In this document: one piece after another, positions 17,142 through 26,728 of the stretch | Position numbering within the stretch: position 1 is the first letter of the stretch | How the letters are laid out: each line of letters starts with the position of its first letter | Origin: a virus | Taxonomy: Duplodnaviria; Caudoviricetes | Direction: 5' to 3' (one strand) | Length of the DNA stretch: 54,219 bases | Virus record (IMG/VR): IMGVR_UViG_3300037493_001441 | Span: 1-54,219 of that record | The notes under the pieces: generated by a model | The model's input: only the letters and a program-made list of their open reading frames with translations | Databases searched by the model: none | Told to the model about the DNA's origin: nothing | Translations under genes and position numbers: made by a program

Positions 17142-19649
17142 TTAGTAACGACGAATGGTTGCGTAATAGATATTTACTCCGATCAATCCTCTTGCTTGGA
17201 GTGCGTTCCCACTTTGTTGAAAGGTCGCCTGTCCGTAGCCACTGCCGACAACTGGGCCAGCTATGGTGTTCAGTGCCCCGCCAGTTACCGTAGTAAATGA
17301 AGCCGTCCCTGCTGAATTCACGACAAACGCAATGCGGTACGCGCTTTGGTTAACAGAGTTCTCTGATGTGCGGACAAAAACCTCTCCGTGGCAATCGTTT
17401 CCCAATGTGGAAGCGTCGAGGATAGTTATGTACGCGCCACCGGAAGCATTGAGTGAACCGCCGTACTGAGCAAACATCTTCTCCCCAGCAACAGTGAGCG
17501 AGCTATCTGCCGCAAGGGTCATCGCCTGCGTGAAGCTGATCGGGTTGCCTGCTGTGCCGGGAGCTGCTGCTTCCCAATAGTGAGCACCGCTGATTTGGTA
17601 GTATTTCGATGCGGCTACAGGTGAGCCACCTGTGCCATTTTTGTATATCCAATTTGTGCCATTGAACCAAGCATTTGCGCCGACTTGGACTTGGGATAGC
17701 GCATCCGTTCTTCCAGTTATAAACGACCCACCATTGCCTAATTCAATAGGCTTAAACAAGCTACCCCAAGCACTAGGCGGAACCCCCAGACCGAGGTTGC
17801 CTGCGGAGTCGAGGGTGGCTCGTCTTACTCCGTTTGTGTAGAAAGTTTGGATACCACCCCACCCAGTAAAGCCTGCGCTGTGGCGGTACTCTCCGCCCTC
17901 CCCTTCAAACTTCGATGATGCGTACTCTGTAGTAGCGTCCGCTGCAATCCCCATCACATAGCCGCGCCACGCTGTGTTCGTGCTAGACGAAACACGCATT
18001 ACAGTCTCAGCAGAGGAAACTGTTGACACACTGCCAGTGACGGCGAGTCCGGAGGAGGTGAAGTCGGCACGCTCTGTACCTGCAAGGTCGTAAACCCTTA
18101 GGCCGCCATTTGTTGCAGCACGCATACGCAATGTGTTGCGAACATACATTTCAGCGGCGTTAGGGTCAGAGTAATTCGCACGCCATTCCACGCTGTATGT
18201 CGGGTCAGTTGACGAAGCCGCCTTGACACTACCGGATAGCGCAAGACTAAGTACCTGCCCTCCTGCGGTAACAGTGGTAAACGATGCGGGGATTGCTGTA
18301 CTATTGAGCCAAGCAGCAAGCGTAGCCTTCACGTTCGCCCATGTCAGTTTCTTCAAGCCGAAGGTTGCGGCACTGTCGGACAGGGGGAGTTCGTCTGCGT
18401 CTACGGGGGTTGGTTTGCTAGTGGCTGCGTGGGTTTGGGGAGCTATGGTGTTGGTAAGGTTGGTGGCGTCCATCGTGATGCCGGAGGATGTGAACTTACC
18501 GATCGCCACCCCATTAATAGACACTCCGATCTCATGTGTACCGCTTGCATAGAACCCGGTAACAGACTCTGCAATAGCCACCGGGGGTGCTGTTACTGTA
18601 CCGGCAGCGAAGATGATGGATGAGATGCCGCTTGACAGTGACGTGTTGGCATTGACGATATTGACGCCGTCGCAGAACAGAATAGCAGCCTGGCTCTGCA
18701 CAACGGCTATTGACGTGCCTCCCCCGGAGCAGCCAAATGTCAGTGTGTAGGTTCCGGTAGTTGCGTTGTTTACGTAATAAACCTGAACCACGGCGGGCAG
18801 GGTGATAGTGGCATTGCTGACTAGCGCGCCGGTGTACTTCTGTACAACGTTGCTGGCCTCAGTCAACGTGAGCACAGTCGTGCCGCCTGTGGTTGCTTTG
18901 GTCAGCTGGGTGAAGTTGAATGCAGTATTGCGACCGCGTCCAACGGTGTACCAGTCTGTTGCGCCCATGTGCACAAAGCATGACTCCTGCACAGACAAAG
19001 TAATCGTGGCAGATGCATCAATGAGCACCCCACCCACAGGCGCCAGCGTGAGCGTGCCCGTTCCTTGATTGCGAACCTCGATGGCAAAGTCACTAGTCGA
19101 GCCAACCGTGGTCGGTAACGTGAGCGTTCCGCTGCCCCCTGTCCATACAAACACCTTGGAGCGGTCAGCTGCAACCACTGTGGTGTTACCCGAGATATCC
19201 GTAGCAACTGCTGCAGTATTGATAGTGCTGGTGATCGCTTTGAGCCCGTAACCGGACAGAGCTGCTGCATCCAGGTTTGATGAGCCCACTCCGAAGATCG
19301 TGACGCGCCAAGTTCCAGCGGATGTGCTAGCATCGCTCAGGTAAATATACTTGACTTGGCCGGGAGCCACTGTTGCGATGACAGACCCGGTGAATCCGAG
19401 TACCGTGAAAGTGTTGGCGCCAGAGTTGTCAAATAGAACGTCTTGACCACCCCCCGTCAGCGTTGCATCAGGCATGCTGATGGTAAGCGCTGGGACGGAG
19501 GCGTTGACCTTCATGATTCTGGACATGACCTGCCCAGTTGTGGCAAAAGCGGGCCAGTACGTCAGGATGCTCGCAGCGATGGTGATTTCGCTGAACTGGA
19601 CGTCAGAGGGTTGAACTGTGGATCCGCCAAAAACGTCTGTGTATGGCAT
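17142..19649 (-). CDS. Tail fibre / receptor-binding protein
   Basis: 835 aa, T/S/G/A-rich beta repeats, mosaic C-terminus (LDSAGNLGLGV.PSAW). Confidence 0.8.
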   Translation of the reverse strand: MPYTDVFGGSTVQPSDVQFSEITIAASILTYWPAFATTGQVMSRIMKVNASVPALTISMPDATLTGGGQDVLFDNSGANTFTVLGFTGSVIATVAPGQVKYIYLSDASTSAGTWRVTIFGVGSSNLDAAALSGYGLKAITSTINTAAVATDISGNTTVVAADRSKVFVWTGGSGTLTLPTTVGSTSDFAIEVRNQGTGTLTLAPVGGVLIDASATITLSVQESCFVHMGATDWYTVGRGRNTAFNFTQLTKATTGGTTVLTLTEASNVVQKYTGALVSNATITLPAVVQVYYVNNATTGTYTLTFGCSGGGTSIAVVQSQAAILFCDGVNIVNANTSLSSGISSIIFAAGTVTAPPVAIAESVTGFYASGTHEIGVSINGVAIGKFTSSGITMDATNLTNTIAPQTHAATSKPTPVDADELPLSDSAATFGLKKLTWANVKATLAAWLNSTAIPASFTTVTAGGQVLSLALSGSVKAASSTDPTYSVEWRANYSDPNAAEMYVRNTLRMRAATNGGLRVYDLAGTERADFTSSGLAVTGSVSTVSSAETVMRVSSSTNTAWRGYVMGIAADATTEYASSKFEGEGGEYRHSAGFTGWGGIQTFYTNGVRRATLDSAGNLGLGVPPSAWGSLFKPIELGNGGSFITGRTDALSQVQVGANAWFNGTNWIYKNGTGGSPVAASKYYQISGAHYWEAAAPGTAGNPISFTQAMTLAADSSLTVAGEKMFAQYGGSLNASGGAYITILDASTLGNDCHGEVFVRTSENSVNQSAYRIAFVVNSAGTASFTTVTGGALNTIAGPVVGSGYGQATFQQSGNALQARGLIGVNIYYATIRRY

Positions 19650-19657
19650 TTGTTTTC

Positions 19658-19885
19658 CTATGCTGTCAATGGCTCATCTGGCCGTGGGTACCGTATAGTA
19701 ATGTCCTCAGCCCTGCGGGCAGGTAGACGCCATGGGTCAAGATTGTCTGAGCATGTTGGACACACACGCAACCCAGGCGCATTGCCATCAGCCACAAGTG
19801 TACTGTAAGGCACTTTGACGTGGCAGCGGTCGCATACTGCGATTGCTCGCGATGCCTGGCCGCTAGTGTCTAAATATAAGCTCAC
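19658..19885 (-). CDS. Small Zn-binding virion-operon protein
   Basis: CDRC...CPTC...DP...PRPD. Confidence 0.7.
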   Translation of the reverse strand: MSLYLDTSGQASRAIAVCDRCHVKVPYSTLVADGNAPGLRVCPTCSDNLDPWRLPARRAEDITIRYPRPDEPLTA

Positions 19886-20892
19886 GAGGTGTACCCCGCA
19901 ATGTTAGGAGATAGTCTGATAGGCGACCCGTCAGACTCACCATCCTCAGCCTGCGCCAAGTGCTCTGCACTCTTCTGCTCCAAGTACTCAAGTCGTCCCT
20001 GCGGCAATTCACCTGCGGGCAGCTCAACAGCACAACGGCATGCCAATAGCAAGATGATTGACTCCACCCAGCGCTGGGGTACGTCTAGCGTGTTGGTCAG
20101 AGCGCCGACGTCTTGAATGTGCTTCTGGCCCCAAACTACAATCTGATCAACAGAGCTTTGAGAAGCAGGCCAGATCCAGATACGTGGAGCAGTCTGCTTA
20201 TCGAACCAGTACTGCAGGCTCTTAGAACCAGCAGGGACAGAGAATGTCTTGTTGGGAAGCGCCACATAGTCGTCATTGGACAACTTGGCCATCGGAATTT
20301 CATATGGGGATGTGCTGAATGTCAAAGTGCCGACTGTAGGCAGTGTGCCCGAGGTGTCTCGCGCGCGCCAGTATCTGACGGTTGGGGCATTGTCCGCATC
20401 CACACATATCCAAGTATTGGCAGCAACTGCTACCCCATTCGGGAAATCAGACTGTTGCAACCATGTAACACCGTCAGCGCTGGACTCAAACACCAAGGTG
20501 GGTGTAGTTGCCCCTGTGAAGGTGATTGCGGCGTTGTAGACGGCAGTTTCACCATCGACACCAAGGTCCAGCCCTTGCCAGCCTGCACCACTGATAGTTG
20601 ACCCCGTGACGGCAGTAACTGTACGATACAGCGCGGTCATGATGTCCACTGTCCCGGTTTGGAGGGGGAATTGGACTTGATTGGCTTGGACGCCGAGCAC
20701 TTGCTTCTGCAAGCACCATAACGACAATCCCCGATTGGAGAGGTCACTAAGTAAGAAGTACAAGTTCTCCCGAGCGCTCAATTGCAACTCGGAAGAAATT
20801 GTAGAGGCTAGTTTCCCGCACCTCCGATAAGCATGCTCGATCAGCGTTGTGACGTTGATCGCGGTCTGACCGATGGTGCCGGAAGTAGCCAT
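19882..20892 (-). CDS. Head completion/adaptor protein
   Basis: MATSGT...IEHAYRRCG...LSNRGLSLW and Y..LPNK motifs. Confidence 0.65.
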   Translation of the reverse strand: MATSGTIGQTAINVTTLIEHAYRRCGKLASTISSELQLSARENLYFLLSDLSNRGLSLWCLQKQVLGVQANQVQFPLQTGTVDIMTALYRTVTAVTGSTISGAGWQGLDLGVDGETAVYNAAITFTGATTPTLVFESSADGVTWLQQSDFPNGVAVAANTWICVDADNAPTVRYWRARDTSGTLPTVGTLTFSTSPYEIPMAKLSNDDYVALPNKTFSVPAGSKSLQYWFDKQTAPRIWIWPASQSSVDQIVVWGQKHIQDVGALTNTLDVPQRWVESIILLLACRCAVELPAGELPQGRLEYLEQKSAEHLAQAEDGESDGSPIRLSPNIAGYTS

Positions 20893-20904
20893 TTCTGGCT
20901 ACCT

Positions 20905-21636
20905 TTAGACTTGATCGACGCCAGCTACACCGATGCGCGTGGCGTTGGGGCCGCAGGCAATTGCAGGTAGTGCGATGGTCATAACCAGGCGCTTAGTGCC
21001 ATTGCATGCGCCGGAAGGCGTATAGCAACCACGAACGTCAGTAGTAGACACAGTAGCAGGACTGGTCGTATCAGCAGCAACAAAAGTACCGGCATCAGCT
21101 GCCAGTGTGGCATTGTACTTGACTGAGGTCACGTAGCCTACGTCAGTCACGCGCACCGGCAGGCCCAGCTTGTCGTTGAAACCAACAGTCAGCCCGTTTG
21201 TTCCGGCAGTAGCGTTAGCGTTGGTGACGCTAACCACCGTCTTGAACGCCTTGGTGGTGGCCACCGTGCTGGTGCTGGGAGCTGCAATGGTTGCGCTCAT
21301 AGACTGGCCGTATTGGTCGTACCCTAGAATAGTATACGTGGCAGTGTTAGCGCCCGTGGCAGTAACAGTCACGCAGCGAGGCGTATCTAGCACAAACTCA
21401 GTTGTACCATCTGCGCGTACACGGGAAGTTACGCCAGTGCCGGCAGCCAGAGTGAATGCTGCGCCAGAGCCAGGGTTGGCAGAAGTTGCCAGTCCAGCAG
21501 TTTGCAAGGTAACGGGGGCTACATCGAAAATGTAGACACGACCCATAGGGCCGACGCCTTGTGTCATTGGGGAAGGGCCGTCAGAGACGGAGGGGATCAG
21601 GGCAGTGCCCAGGTAGAGATCGTCTGAAATTTGCAT
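20905..21636 (-). CDS. Virion structural protein (head decoration-like)
   Basis: Thr/Ala-rich; GYD.YGQ and DVRG.Y.P motifs; after the capsid gene. Confidence 0.6.
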   Translation of the reverse strand: MQISDDLYLGTALIPSVSDGPSPMTQGVGPMGRVYIFDVAPVTLQTAGLATSANPGSGAAFTLAAGTGVTSRVRADGTTEFVLDTPRCVTVTATGANTATYTILGYDQYGQSMSATIAAPSTSTVATTKAFKTVVSVTNANATAGTNGLTVGFNDKLGLPVRVTDVGYVTSVKYNATLAADAGTFVAADTTSPATVSTTDVRGCYTPSGACNGTKRLVMTIALPAIACGPNATRIGVAGVDQV

Positions 21637-21671
21637 TTGAATCTCCTTGTGGCTTGAACCACTCAGGTTAA

Positions 21672-21706
21672 GAAAATCCCCCAGCAGCCGTAAGTCCGCC
21701 GGGGGA
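21672..21706 (-). terminator. Intrinsic terminator after the major capsid gene
   Basis: TCCCCC/GGGGGA-closed stem followed by TTTTCT on the minus strand. Confidence 0.65.
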
Positions 21707-21737
21707 AAGACGCTAATCAGGCGTCGGAGGTTACAGA

Positions 21738-22769
21738 TTAGGCGCCAGCGGTGCCAAAGATTGCACGGGGATCAGTCCAGCCTTCGATGTAACGCTCAGT
21801 TGCCTTGTAGCGCACGGAGTCAGTTTCGAAGTCACCTTCCATGGACTTAGCCAGCTTGCGGCGAACCATCAGCTTCAGACCTTCAGGTGCGTCAGTTGTG
21901 ACGAACCAAGCGGTAGAAGAAGTCAGGCGCGACATAACCGCTGCGTCACCGTCAACGGTGTTGGACAAACTCTTGATGGGGTTGATGTCGTTGTTGGCAG
22001 TACCTGCGCGCAGGACCGACTTCAACAGCACTTCCGCCTGGAACACATTGTCCGGGGAAACCACCAGCTTCTTGCCTTGCAAGCGGATCTTCTTACCGTT
22101 GTTGTCCACAGCCTTGCGAATCTGGATCAGGATCTGTTCCATCGAAGTCTGCGACAAAGCGGCTGGAGTTGCCAGGACGTTGGAGAACGTACCGCCCACG
22201 ATGGGGTGATCGCTTACAACCAGCGCCTTGCCGTCACCGCCCAGGTAGGAGGTGTTAAACGCACGATTCAACACGTTGGCGCAACGCAGTTCCTTGGTTT
22301 CAATCAGAGACTGAGCCAAGTGCTTGCTGAATGTTGCGCCGATATTGATATGGTCGCCGTCTTCAACCAGGATCTTCGTCAAGGCAAAAGCCAAGCCAAA
22401 TACCTTGTAGGTGTAGCGCTTGTTGAACAACACGCCGCCTTGTTGGTAGGTGACTGGCATGCCGTCAGGCAGCTCAGGGGCAGCGCCGAAGCCATAACCC
22501 ACAGGCTCTTCAAAGTAGGCACGCTCAATGGTAGCGGCAACTTCTTGGAACACCTGTTTCCACTCGTCTTTGCGCTGGTCATAGACACCGTCAAAGTACT
22601 GGTTCAGGATGGGTTCGACAATCGGACGGAAGTCGGTGGAACGCATAGGCGCGGCGCAAAGCACCATGCCCGAGCGGTGCATGTAGCCGAACAGCGCACT
22701 GTGCAGCTTTTCGCCAAGACCGGCGAACAGACCTACCGCAAAGGAGGCCAAAAGGTTGATGTACTTCAT
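21738..22769 (-). CDS. Major capsid protein (Mu gpT-like family)
   Basis: GGDGKAL...HP and GDFETDSVRYKATERY.EGWTDPR motifs; strong RBS; downstream terminator. Confidence 0.85.
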   Translation of the reverse strand: MKYINLLASFAVGLFAGLGEKLHSALFGYMHRSGMVLCAAPMRSTDFRPIVEPILNQYFDGVYDQRKDEWKQVFQEVAATIERAYFEEPVGYGFGAAPELPDGMPVTYQQGGVLFNKRYTYKVFGLAFALTKILVEDGDHINIGATFSKHLAQSLIETKELRCANVLNRAFNTSYLGGDGKALVVSDHPIVGGTFSNVLATPAALSQTSMEQILIQIRKAVDNNGKKIRLQGKKLVVSPDNVFQAEVLLKSVLRAGTANNDINPIKSLSNTVDGDAAVMSRLTSSTAWFVTTDAPEGLKLMVRRKLAKSMEGDFETDSVRYKATERYIEGWTDPRAIFGTAGA

Positions 22770-22781
22770 TTTGGTTGCTCC

Positions 22782-23354
22782 TTAGATTGCGGTTGTGGCA
22801 GCACGCAACTGGCTCTGAGCCAAGGTGACGCGCAACACGGGGTAAGTGTCGGTGATAGCGTTGTCAGGAGCCAGACCAGCACCAATGATGCGGAATTGCT
22901 TCTGTGAGCCGTTACCTGCGAGAGTGCCGGTGGCCAAGGACACGATGGACAGACCGGTGGAAGTCGAACCAGCAGCGTAGGTGCTGATGTCTGCCTCGTC
23001 GCCGATAGCCGCTGTGGTCAGAGCGCTCACGCCTTGGATTTCGTACACGATCTCAGGATCAGTGTACACCCATGCGGTGATGGTCGTACCAGACAGAGTC
23101 GATTGCGATGCAGGGTAGTAGTTGCTGTAGGTAGGCTTGCCAGTGGCATCCACATACTCGCAGCCAGCGAAAACGCCAAGCAGTGCGGAGGCAGCAGCGC
23201 CAACAGTCACAGTTCCATTGGTGTTCAAGATGACGGGGTCACCCTTGAAGATGGAGGTGTTGTAAGTCGGGTTGATGAGGTAGGCCGACGCGCGGTCCAA
23301 ACCACTGGGATGATAAACGGGGGTTAGACCGTTAGGGGAAGCAGTTGCACTCAT
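22782..23354 (-). CDS. Capsid-associated (cement/decoration) protein
   Basis: IFKGDPV, GVFAGCEY and DP..VYEIQ motifs; directly upstream of the capsid gene. Confidence 0.65.
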   Translation of the reverse strand: MSATASPNGLTPVYHPSGLDRASAYLINPTYNTSIFKGDPVILNTNGTVTVGAAASALLGVFAGCEYVDATGKPTYSNYYPASQSTLSGTTITAWVYTDPEIVYEIQGVSALTTAAIGDEADISTYAAGSTSTGLSIVSLATGTLAGNGSQKQFRIIGAGLAPDNAITDTYPVLRVTLAQSQLRAATTAI

Positions 23355-23527
23355 GTTGAGCACTCCTTATGAAAAGATGAAGATACGACAATGACCTTGC
23401 GGTCCTGACGGGTCAACAAATCAACTTTGGGAGCAAGTGCTCAACCGGCGCGATTATCAGACTCGGGCAATAAAGACTGGGCGGGCGCTTTGACAGCGGA
23501 TTTCCCAGTATTTATTTACCTGAGTTG

Positions 23528-23538
23528 AATTATAGGGC
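23528..23538 (-). promoter_or_regulatory. Late promoter motif GCCCTATAATT (capsid operon)
   Basis: Identical 11-mer at three intergenic sites. Confidence 0.65.
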
Positions 23539-23542
23539 ACTT

Positions 23543-24100
23543 TTAAGTGAACGTGGGGGTTTTGCGGCGCTGCATGGCCATTTCTTTTTCCATTGCCTCA
23601 ACACCATCGTCGCGATCATTGAGCCGTTCGCCTTGATCGTTGAACTTGCCCACAATGCCTTCTTCCTCTTCCAGTGGCTTTTTGTGGTGATAGAACGCCA
23701 TTATCTGCTGGTAGCGTGTGCTTGCGATCTTGAACAACACCATCTCGTTGCAGGTGATGTGGCCGTCGTAGCCCGCCAGTGATTGACCGTTAGACGCATC
23801 AAATCCAGGCATCTCAGATTGGCGTACAGGCTGGTAGCCAAGGCGTTGGCGCTTCTGGATGCTATCATACTGGCTAGAGGTTGTCAGCCACACCAAGTGA
23901 TACCCAGCCAAAGCCGGTGGGTTGGGGAGCGCGGTCTGAGTGAACTCAGCTTCCATGAACTTCTCGAAGTCGTCGTCCGAGGTCAGTCCTGAAGTGCCGC
24001 GCTCATCGTCTTCTGCACCTCGGTCGCCACGGATGTCCAGTGCGCCACCAATTTTGGTGCGGTCGTCGCCGTCGGATTTGTCTAGTTTCAGTGTTGCCAT
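23543..24100 (-). CDS. Head-module hypothetical protein
   Basis: LP.PP...GYHLVWL...R.RLGY.PV and NEMVLFKI motifs. Confidence 0.7.
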   Translation of the reverse strand: MATLKLDKSDGDDRTKIGGALDIRGDRGAEDDERGTSGLTSDDDFEKFMEAEFTQTALPNPPALAGYHLVWLTTSSQYDSIQKRQRLGYQPVRQSEMPGFDASNGQSLAGYDGHITCNEMVLFKIASTRYQQIMAFYHHKKPLEEEEGIVGKFNDQGERLNDRDDGVEAMEKEMAMQRRKTPTFT

Positions 24101-24111
24101 GATTTAATTCC

Positions 24112-24393
24112 TTATTTGCGTTTAATAGGCCAAGCGGTGAGTTGCACCTTCTTGACCGGGAATGGTTCGCCCGCTGTGAGGCAGGCGTCAATGAACCGCT
24201 GTTGCTTGTAGCCGGGAGCGCCGAATGTGACGACTGCGTGTTCCATTCGGTTCCTGCCACTGGGCTTGTTGTGCCAAGTTGCCTTGACGACCAGCTTTGG
24301 ACTCAGGTACTTGACGGCGGTTTTGGAGTCCGATGCGACCAGCGCGCCGAGCACTGCGGCAAATACTTTTGGGTCAATTTGTGCTTTCATCAT
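24112..24393 (-). CDS. Hypothetical basic protein
   Basis: Coupled ORF in the operon. Confidence 0.6.
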   Translation of the reverse strand: MMKAQIDPKVFAAVLGALVASDSKTAVKYLSPKLVVKATWHNKPSGRNRMEHAVVTFGAPGYKQQRFIDACLTAGEPFPVKKVQLTAWPIKRK

Positions 24394-25319
24394 CAGCCCC
24401 TTGAGTTTGATTTGTCGTAGTCACGATAGCTCTTGATCATCTTTGCCCGAGCAGCAGTGTCTTCCCACATACCTGCAGACTTGATGGCCGCTACGCGTTC
24501 TGCGGAGAGGGTGAATGTGCCAGTTCCGCCACTGGGTTGTGTACTACCGCCGGAAACCGGACTGCGCTGCGAGGTTGCGCGAGGAGCGGCCTTTGCCGCC
24601 CGGTGAGGCAGGTACTTCTCTTTGCGCTTTTCCAACTCGGACCAGTATGCGTCGGTGGTAGCGTCCCAGCCTTCAGCGGTCAGGCTGTTGTCCAGGGCGG
24701 TCAGCACCTTGCTGTCCGGGTCGCTAGAGGTTGGACCGCCGTACCACTGGTTCTTGCCCAGGAACTGCTGACTCTTGCTGATCAGCCGGGTGTCGAGCGG
24801 TTTAGGCTGGTTCATTGCCCGGGTTGCGTTAGCCTTGAATTCAGTGAGTTGCTGGGCACGCGTACGCGCTGCAATCATGTATTCAGTGGCTTCGGCCAGT
24901 GTTTTGCCGTCGTTCTTGGTGGCCGCATCTGCGAGGATGGACTTGAAGTGCTCAGCAGCCTGATTAGCCTGCGTAATGGCTGTGTCCACCTGCGCTAGCT
25001 GGCTTCCGGCGTTGACGTCCTGAATAGCGCTAACTTGCTGCTGCAGAGCACGGTTTTGTTCCGTGATGGCTTGCAGGTTGCGTTCCAGCAGTTCCACTCG
25101 TTCACGGTTACGCTGACCACGCGACTTGCGTTCTTGACGACGTCGGGCGCGGATTTCTTCTCGGGCTTCATCAGTTTCGGCTTCATCAAGTTCACTGTCA
25201 ACCTTGGCAGTCTTTTCGTCTTCTTCGTGTTCGTCGGCCTCAATAGGGTCAACTTCATCGACTTCGGGCTCGGTGCCGGTCTTCAGTTCTTCGTCTTCGA
25301 CTTGGTTTTCTGTGGTCAT
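24393..25319 (-). CDS. Capsid scaffolding protein (putative)
   Basis: Acidic N-terminus, long coiled coil, short helical C-terminus; lies between portal and capsid. Confidence 0.65.
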   Translation of the reverse strand: MTTENQVEDEELKTGTEPEVDEVDPIEADEHEEDEKTAKVDSELDEAETDEAREEIRARRRQERKSRGQRNRERVELLERNLQAITEQNRALQQQVSAIQDVNAGSQLAQVDTAITQANQAAEHFKSILADAATKNDGKTLAEATEYMIAARTRAQQLTEFKANATRAMNQPKPLDTRLISKSQQFLGKNQWYGGPTSSDPDSKVLTALDNSLTAEGWDATTDAYWSELEKRKEKYLPHRAAKAAPRATSQRSPVSGGSTQPSGGTGTFTLSAERVAAIKSAGMWEDTAARAKMIKSYRDYDKSNSRG

Positions 25320-25762
25320 GTCAAATGGCTCCTTACTTTGGTGACGTCGCCTGTGTAGGCGCCGATGAGGTCTGCGTCGCTGAGGATCGCAAGCATGACG
25401 GGTTCAAGACCGTCTTTCAAATCCACAGTCCAGCGGTCACCGCCCCAGCGTGGGACTTTGACATAATCACCAGGCTTGGCCCAGACACCTTCGGGCCACT
25501 CTTCACCGCTACTACGCTTCTTGAACGCCAGCGGGCCAACGGAGATGAGCTTAGCGACCTGTCCATTGTATGCCTCCTCTTCTTTGGTACCAGTGGACAG
25601 AATGATGCCGCTGCTGGTCTTGTTGACGATGCGGCGAATCTGAACCACGACTCGGTGGCCGAAGGGTGTAAACTCAGGGTCAATCTTGGGGAACATCTCC
25701 TCGACTGATTTGTCGCTGACGTCCAGCCCTTTCCCGTATGGGTTGATAACTTCTCCAGCCAT
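25316..25762 (-). CDS. groES: GroES/Cpn10-like co-chaperonin
   Basis: PFGHRVVV...KTSSGIIL...VGPLAF...W.KPGDYV...GG...D.DLIG. Confidence 0.85.
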   Translation of the reverse strand: MAGEVINPYGKGLDVSDKSVEEMFPKIDPEFTPFGHRVVVQIRRIVNKTSSGIILSTGTKEEEAYNGQVAKLISVGPLAFKKRSSGEEWPEGVWAKPGDYVKVPRWGGDRWTVDLKDGLEPVMLAILSDADLIGAYTGDVTKVRSHLT

Positions 25763-25819
25763 AAGTTTTCTTTCAAAACTCGCACAGATATGGCCGCTGT
25801 GCGCTCGGTACGGGACGAA

Positions 25820-25999
25820 CTATTCGTCCTTTTCTTGTCCTGACATTGCATCCTTCACAATGTCAATCAACTCAGCCAGTTCTACGTAGGCACCCAAGCG
25901 TTTCTGAAACGCAGGCCAGTCGCTAGGCGGAAAATCAAATACTTCGAGCGCCATCTTTGCACGGCGCTCAATTAACTCACGATACAGCTTTTCGAGCAC
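25820..25999 (-). CDS. Small head-module protein (59 aa, not in ORF track)
   Basis: GTG-start ORF MLEKLYRELIERRAKMALEVFDFPPSDWPAFQKRLGAYVELAELIDIVKDAMSGQEKDE. Confidence 0.6.
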   Translation of the reverse strand: MLEKLYRELIERRAKMALEVFDFPPSDWPAFQKRLGAYVELAELIDIVKDAMSGQEKDE

Positions 26000-26074
26000 G
26001 ATAGGCTTCTTGCTGCATGCTATAGATCAACTTGGCCACAGCCCATGCCGTCCACGTAGGCGTTGCCGGAGGCG

Positions 26075-26257
26075 TCATTTGCACCCGCACTTGACTTTGC
26101 CACCAGCTTTGTAGCCGGGGACGCCATTGTTGCGTTTGGCTTTGGTGAGAGGGTTCATGGGTTGGCCCTTGATTGCAGGCATGACGCCAGAGATACGGGG
26201 GGCTTTTACGACCACGCCGCCCTTGGCGTAGCAAGCTTGCTTAGACTGACTGCCCAT
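26075..26257 (-). CDS. Small basic protein with two YxxGGxV motifs
   Basis: GGAGG RBS; YAKGGVV and YKAGGKV. Confidence 0.7.
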   Translation of the reverse strand: MGSQSKQACYAKGGVVVKAPRISGVMPAIKGQPMNPLTKAKRNNGVPGYKAGGKVKCGCK

Positions 26258-26259
26258 AA

Positions 26260-26511
26260 TTACCTCCGGGATTTAGTTTTTGCAGCAGGCTTTTTGGCGG
26301 CCATTTTTGCTATTGGTTTCTTGACTGCGCCGCCGCGCTTGAAAGCGATCTCGGAGACCGCTTTCTTGGCCGCGTCACGCTCGGCTTGTTCCTTTGCGGA
26401 TTGCCGTGCTGCGGCTTGCTCGGCTGCTTGTCGGGCAGCTTCGCGCTTCAATTGCTCAGAAGACGCATTCTTGCGGTCTGTGCCTGTGATTGTGTCCCAA
26501 AGACTGGCCAT
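26260..26511 (-). CDS. Small Ala/Lys-rich protein with FKRGGAV motif
   Basis: AGGAG RBS; histone-like basic tail. Confidence 0.7.
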   Translation of the reverse strand: MASLWDTITGTDRKNASSEQLKREAARQAAEQAAARQSAKEQAERDAAKKAVSEIAFKRGGAVKKPIAKMAAKKPAAKTKSRR

Positions 26512-26682
26512 GAGTTTGCGCTCCTAGTGATAATCCATGCAAAGAGTAGCCCTGCCACAACCACAACGCTCATGTTGACAAAACACATATAGTCATAGCC
26601 CAGCAGTGTGAACCATGCAAATACAGTAGAGAATCGTAACATGTTGGCGCTCCAGTCAAAGCAATCGCAGCTTTATTCAGGC

Positions 26683-26693
26683 AATTATAGGGC
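26683..26693 (-). promoter_or_regulatory. Late promoter motif GCCCTATAATT
   Basis: Identical 11-mer, intergenic. Confidence 0.65.
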
Positions 26694-26728
26694 CAATTTG
26701 TGAAAGGCCAACAAGATAATTGATTGCG

